Origin: Thalassobaculaceae bacterium
GTDB lineage: Bacteria > Pseudomonadota > Alphaproteobacteria > Thalassobaculales > Thalassobaculaceae
Reading direction: 5' to 3'
DNA length: 64,000 nt
NCBI GenBank assembly: GCA_965228875.1
Contig: OZ245843.1
Location: 726,616-790,615 of the forward strand
Within the stretch, counting starts at the first letter, position 1; the number at the start of each line of letters is the position of its first letter. Under the pieces are notes generated by a model, which worked only from the letters and a program-made list of their open reading frames with translations, had not been told where the DNA came from and searched no databases. Positions 59,853-64,000 of this stretch are shown here, piece by piece. The position numbers and the translations under genes were made by a program.

Positions 59853-62030
59853 CTACGCATGGAGGATGGGTGAACCCAGGGGGTCGATCGGCGAGAAGTC
59901 GATTCCGGGGAACCGTCGATAGAACTCCTGGGCGTAGGACCGGAACACTTCGGGGAAGACGTCGTAGCCGATCATGTCGGGCAGAGGCGGCCCGAGACGG
60001 GGGTGACGGCGATGGCGCGTCGTACCGGGATTGGAGGCGGCGACGCGAAGTGCCTGTTGAAGATCGGTGTTTTGCGGGACGGACTCATGATGATCAAGGA
60101 GCAGACGGAGGTATCGCGTCTCATTCTTAAGCGCTTCCTGTATGGACGTCAGGGATCCGGGTAGAATTCCATTGGAAAATGCCAATTTCCACCCAACGAA
60201 GAACCGAACGTAAGGCGCAAATCCACGGAGGAATACATGCCAAGCCCGATCAGACAAGGAAAGATCGGTGCCGGGGAGAAGATCTGCGTGTGATTGATTG
60301 CGATCCGCCCAGGTGGTGAATTCGCGGATCAGGTCGTCCCAGACGATACCGATCGAGATATGGGCCGGGATCTGCAACGTCGCCAACAAGGTTACGAGGA
60401 ATGGCGTCGGAGGACTGTGCGACCAGATCACCATGGGCGTATCGTACCGTTCGATCAGGTAGTCGAGGTGGACTGTGGCATAGCCGTCCACCCCGGTGAC
60501 CGCTTCGCGGGCCAGGTTGTCCATCGTCCATCCAATGGCCTTGGCGGCGGCGCGGGCGAAATAGACGGCCTGTGACCTTGGTGGGCCGCTGAGAAAGATC
60601 TTGGGCGCCGGCGGCCGGTCCGGAAGTACATCTCTCATCAGCGCCTGGTGAACGGCATTGCCTGGCGTGCCGACGCTCAGAGCGGAAACGAGCCGGTTGA
60701 GTGGCCTCGGTGAAAGCGTTCGAGCCGCGGCAAGAGCTTGTTCGGTGTGCCCGTCCGCCAGAAGTCTGCGCAGGTAGGAGATCGGGCTCGGGTGCCGTGG
60801 GGCCGGAGCAGGGCTTGGCGGGACGTGCGGTGTCCTGGCTGGCGCGGGATCCTGCATCCAATCCCGATAGGCGAGGCAGGCCGTTTCCAACGGGCTCCGC
60901 GGCTCAAGCCGCGGCTGGACTGGCGTGCTTTCGGTCGCAGGGCCAGGGTCTGGGGGCGATGGCAGGCGGTCTGGATGGTCTGCCAAGAAATGGCGGACGC
61001 TTTCTGCGGTGTCGTCAGCGGAGCAACGCGAAGGATCGAGAACCAGCGCGTTGGCCGTCTTCGTCTGATGAACCATGGAAAGCCAATCGCGACGCCAGGT
61101 CGTGATTGGGAACTCCCAGGTCAGCAACGCGGCATCGTCACCGCAGGCGCCCCAGGCATCCGGGACCGCGTCGGTGATGTCGGCCGGTAGTTCCACGCCA
61201 GGACCATGACCGACGGCCCGCGACGATCGACAGATCAGTACGAAGCGGCTTCCAAATCCATCCAGAATGAACCGGACGAGCGGCGTCGGCGGGGACTCTG
61301 AATAGAACACCGCCAGGTCGTCGACGCTCTCACGAAACAATGACAGCGCGGCACTGCGTTTGAAGATGTCGGGGAAGTCCAGGTGCCTGAACGGTCTGCC
61401 GAGACGTCCGGCGGCAAGCCTCGCAATCGCTTCCGATCCCGTGCCGGGCTCGCCGACGACGACCATCGGGCCGGCAGTTGCTGTCGACTGCCAGCGGTTC
61501 AGGAGATTCAAAGCCAGACCTGACGATACCCGCTTGCGGGCCGGGGGCGGAAGCCGCGCTCCTATCAGAATGACTGTGTCGATGGCCTGGGCCGGTGACT
61601 GTCCATCGCATTCGACCAGAAGGTGCGCCCGCACGGCGGTCCCACGATAGGCCAGTGCGGTCGGCAGTAGGCTGGCCAAAGTGACTCGGTCTTCCCGCCG
61701 CTTTCTCAAGCGGGTCGGCATGATCTCGGACAGAACCGACGAGGCGCGCCGTATCGTCCGATCCTCGAGGATCGAGAGCATAGCGCTCAGGTTGCTCTCC
61801 GAAGGAGCCAGAAGCAGACGGATGTAGGCGGTGAGCATTGGACCGGCCCGTTGTGTCGAGCCAGCGGTGGAATTGATCCAGGCCTGCCACAGTTCAATCG
61901 ACTCAGGTCGGCAGCAGAGGATCCGGTCCAACCATCGGATATAGGTCTTCGATGACGGCGCAGAAGTACCGATCAGCGCGACCATGGCGTCAGCGTCGGC
62001 GGGTTCCGCAAGGATGTCTTTTACTATCAT
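59853..62030 (-). CDS. Hypothetical protein with two degenerate sulfotransferase-like domains
   Basis: VVVGEPGTGS and IFLSGPPRSQA loops; C-terminal FPGIDFSPIDP resembles neighbour's YPDVDFSILDP. Confidence 0.5.
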   Translation of the reverse strand: MIVKDILAEPADADAMVALIGTSAPSSKTYIRWLDRILCCRPESIELWQAWINSTAGSTQRAGPMLTAYIRLLLAPSESNLSAMLSILEDRTIRRASSVLSEIMPTRLRKRREDRVTLASLLPTALAYRGTAVRAHLLVECDGQSPAQAIDTVILIGARLPPPARKRVSSGLALNLLNRWQSTATAGPMVVVGEPGTGSEAIARLAAGRLGRPFRHLDFPDIFKRSAALSLFRESVDDLAVFYSESPPTPLVRFILDGFGSRFVLICRSSRAVGHGPGVELPADITDAVPDAWGACGDDAALLTWEFPITTWRRDWLSMVHQTKTANALVLDPSRCSADDTAESVRHFLADHPDRLPSPPDPGPATESTPVQPRLEPRSPLETACLAYRDWMQDPAPARTPHVPPSPAPAPRHPSPISYLRRLLADGHTEQALAAARTLSPRPLNRLVSALSVGTPGNAVHQALMRDVLPDRPPAPKIFLSGPPRSQAVYFARAAAKAIGWTMDNLAREAVTGVDGYATVHLDYLIERYDTPMVIWSHSPPTPFLVTLLATLQIPAHISIGIVWDDLIREFTTWADRNQSHADLLPGTDLSLSDRAWHVFLRGFAPYVRFFVGWKLAFSNGILPGSLTSIQEALKNETRYLRLLLDHHESVPQNTDLQQALRVAASNPGTTRHRRHPRLGPPLPDMIGYDVFPEVFRSYAQEFYRRFPGIDFSPIDPLGSPILHA

Positions 62031-62136
62031 GGCGAGCCAAGATACTGTAATTCAATATACTTTCGGTCCGCTTGCCGGTCAAGGTGTGTGGGTAGGGCCT
62101 CGTTCACGGGGTGCTAAAGCGGACCGGAGCGAGCCG

Positions 62137-64000
62137 TCATGCGCCCGGGATCTGCCGCATCCGGTCGCCCTTCGGGTCGAAGGCCGCGTGCTCGAGTGTC
62201 CGGGCGGCGTGCCGGACGCCGGCGATGTCCACCTCCACCGTTTCGCCGATCGCATCCATGTCGAGCATCGCGATCGCCACCGGCGCACCGACCCGATAGC
62301 CGTACGCCGCCGACGTGGTGGCTCCGACGATGGCGCTGTCGAGATAGACCGGCTCGTTGCCGATCGGCCAGGCCTCGCCGTCGAATATCAGGGTCGCGGC
62401 CCGCTTCGCCCGGGGAGCGTCGCGCAGGCGTTCGAGAGCGGGCTTGCCGACGAAATCCGAACTCCAGTCGACGGCGAAGCCGAGGCCGAGCTGAAGCGGG
62501 TCGGTGTCGGTGTCGATGTCGTGACCGTAGGCGAGGAAGCCCTTCTCGATGCGCATGGAGGTCTGGGCGAACAGGCCAGCCGGCCGCGCCCCATCGGCGG
62601 CGAGCGCGGCGTAGATCGCCGATGCGTCCTCGGCCCGACAGGTGATCTCCCATCCCGGCTCGCCCACGTAGGAGAGACGGGCGGCCCTGACGGGTCGGCC
62701 GGCGACCGCGCTCTCACCGTGCGCGAAGTATCCGAGTGCGTTCAGGTCGTCGGCGCCGACGGCTGTGGCGATCCGTGCGGAGTCGGGTCCCATTAGAGCG
62801 ATGACCGCATAGGCTTCCGTCTCGTCGCGGATCTCGACCCGCTCGTCCTCCCGCAGATGGCGGCGAAGCCACGCCATGTCGCGGCGGATCGCCGAACTGC
62901 CGACGTAGAGGCGGTAGCTGTCGGGTGTCAGGCGCAGGGCGGTGAGGTCGCTCTCCAATCCGCCACGGGGGTTCAGCATGGCAGTGTAGATCGCGCGGCC
63001 GGGCGCCCGTGTCATGGCGTTGGCGCAGACCCGGTCGAGGAAGACCTCGGCGTCGGGTCCCTCGACGCGGATCTTGCCGAAGGTCGACTGGTCGAAGACC
63101 GCCGCCCCGGTATGCGCGGCGCGAACCTCTTCGCCGACCGCGTCGAACCAGGCGGGCCGGGCGAAGGTCAGCGCCGGGTCGCGGGGGCCGCCGAAATAGA
63201 GCGGACGCTCCCAGCCGTAGACCTGGGCGAAACGCGCGTCGGCGTCCCGCCACTCGCAGTCGAGCGGGGTGCGGCGCAGGTCCCGTGCGGTGCTCATCTG
63301 CCGACCGGGGTAGGTGATCTCGTAGTGCCGGCCCAGGACCTCCGGCACGCGCGCGGCGAGGGCGGAGACGGTGTTGAAGCAGTCGGGGAAGCGGGCGGGG
63401 TCGGCCTCGTGCAGGTCCATCGGCGTGTGGCCGTGCACCATGGCGTGCGCCAGCGCCATGCCGGCGCCGCCGCTTGTGGCGATGCCGACCGAGTTCATGC
63501 CGCAGCCGAGGAACAGCCCGTCCGTCTCCGCCGTCTCGCCCAGCATGAAGGAACCGTCCGGCGTGAAGCTCTCCGGCCCGTTGAGCAGCATCTTGACCTC
63601 GGCGGTCTCCAGCGCCGGCAGACGGTGAAGCGCGTTCACCATCATCGGTTCGAAATGGTCCCAGTCCTCCGGCAGCAGCTGGAAGGCGAAGTCGTCGCCG
63701 AGCCTGTCCGGGTCGATCGGTTTGCCCATCGGCTCGAAACAGCCGACCAGGAGACCGCCGGAATCGTCGCGGATGTACAGGTGGGCATCGTGATCCGAGA
63801 GCGTCGGAACGTTGCCGACGATGCCGTCGATCGGCCGGGTCAGCAGGTAGAAGTGCTCGCAGGGCCAGGCGGGAACGCCGGCGCCGGCGGTGGCGGCAAG
63901 TTTCCGGCTCCACAGGCCGGTCGTCAGGGCGACCGCCCCGGTCTTCAGTCGTCCGCGCGCGGTCTGCAGGGCGACGACGCGCCCGCCGCGTGTCTCGATA
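62137..64000 (-). CDS. GcvT-family FAD-dependent oxidoreductase (sarcosine/dimethylglycine dehydrogenase-like), 5' end outside window
   Basis: CEHFYLL, LLNGPESFTPDG, GWERP, FDQSTFGK, RLSYVGEPGWE, SMRIEKG; frame stays open to the window edge. Confidence 0.92.
   Translation of the reverse strand, partial: IETRGGRVVALQTARGRLKTGAVALTTGLWSRKLAATAGAGVPAWPCEHFYLLTRPIDGIVGNVPTLSDHDAHLYIRDDSGGLLVGCFEPMGKPIDPDRLGDDFAFQLLPEDWDHFEPMMVNALHRLPALETAEVKMLLNGPESFTPDGSFMLGETAETDGLFLGCGMNSVGIATSGGAGMALAHAMVHGHTPMDLHEADPARFPDCFNTVSALAARVPEVLGRHYEITYPGRQMSTARDLRRTPLDCEWRDADARFAQVYGWERPLYFGGPRDPALTFARPAWFDAVGEEVRAAHTGAAVFDQSTFGKIRVEGPDAEVFLDRVCANAMTRAPGRAIYTAMLNPRGGLESDLTALRLTPDSYRLYVGSSAIRRDMAWLRRHLREDERVEIRDETEAYAVIALMGPDSARIATAVGADDLNALGYFAHGESAVAGRPVRAARLSYVGEPGWEITCRAEDASAIYAALAADGARPAGLFAQTSMRIEKGFLAYGHDIDTDTDPLQLGLGFAVDWSSDFVGKPALERLRDAPRAKRAATLIFDGEAWPIGNEPVYLDSAIVGATTSAAYGYRVGAPVAIAMLDMDAIGETVEVDIAGVRHAARTLEHAAFDPKGDRMRQIPGA

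Overview
GC-rich alphaproteobacterial chromosome segment; the separate fliI-fliJ pair and the Rrf2-sufBCDS-sufT-sufA layout suggest Rhodospirillales (inference). Left to right: (1) fliI-fliJ, a DMT transporter and a hybrid histidine kinase; (2) a complete SUF Fe-S operon with two candidate Rrf2 operators; (3) a sulfide/persulfide oxidation cluster (Crp/Fnr, DUF2892, 2x YeeE/YedE, persulfide dioxygenase, DUF442-SQR fusion, SulP) with a repeated GGTGAC-N3-GTCACC palindrome; (4) an accessory patch in which a LysR/tautomerase cassette is bracketed by a 66-bp duplication of the 3' end of an amidinotransferase-family gene; (5) a protease-rich island (lipoprotein, two secreted trypsins, BTAD-TPR regulator, PAP2/haloperoxidase, papain-like protease plus partner); (6) a ~24.5 kb co-oriented catabolic cluster of unknown substrate with a Liv-type ABC importer whose ATPase is fused to a Tm-1-like domain, a TIM-barrel partner, a 1067-aa flotillin with 11/44-residue coiled-coil repeats, two SRPBCC proteins, a four-subunit molybdenum hydroxylase, MoxR/VWA and lactonase-type hydrolases of three folds; (7) two sulfotransferase-like paralogs; (8) a 5'-truncated GcvT-family dehydrogenase. 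No rRNA, tRNA, CRISPR array, transposase or integrase was recognised. All calls come from reading motifs by eye; no searches were run, and many start codons were re-picked from RBS position or stop/start overlaps.
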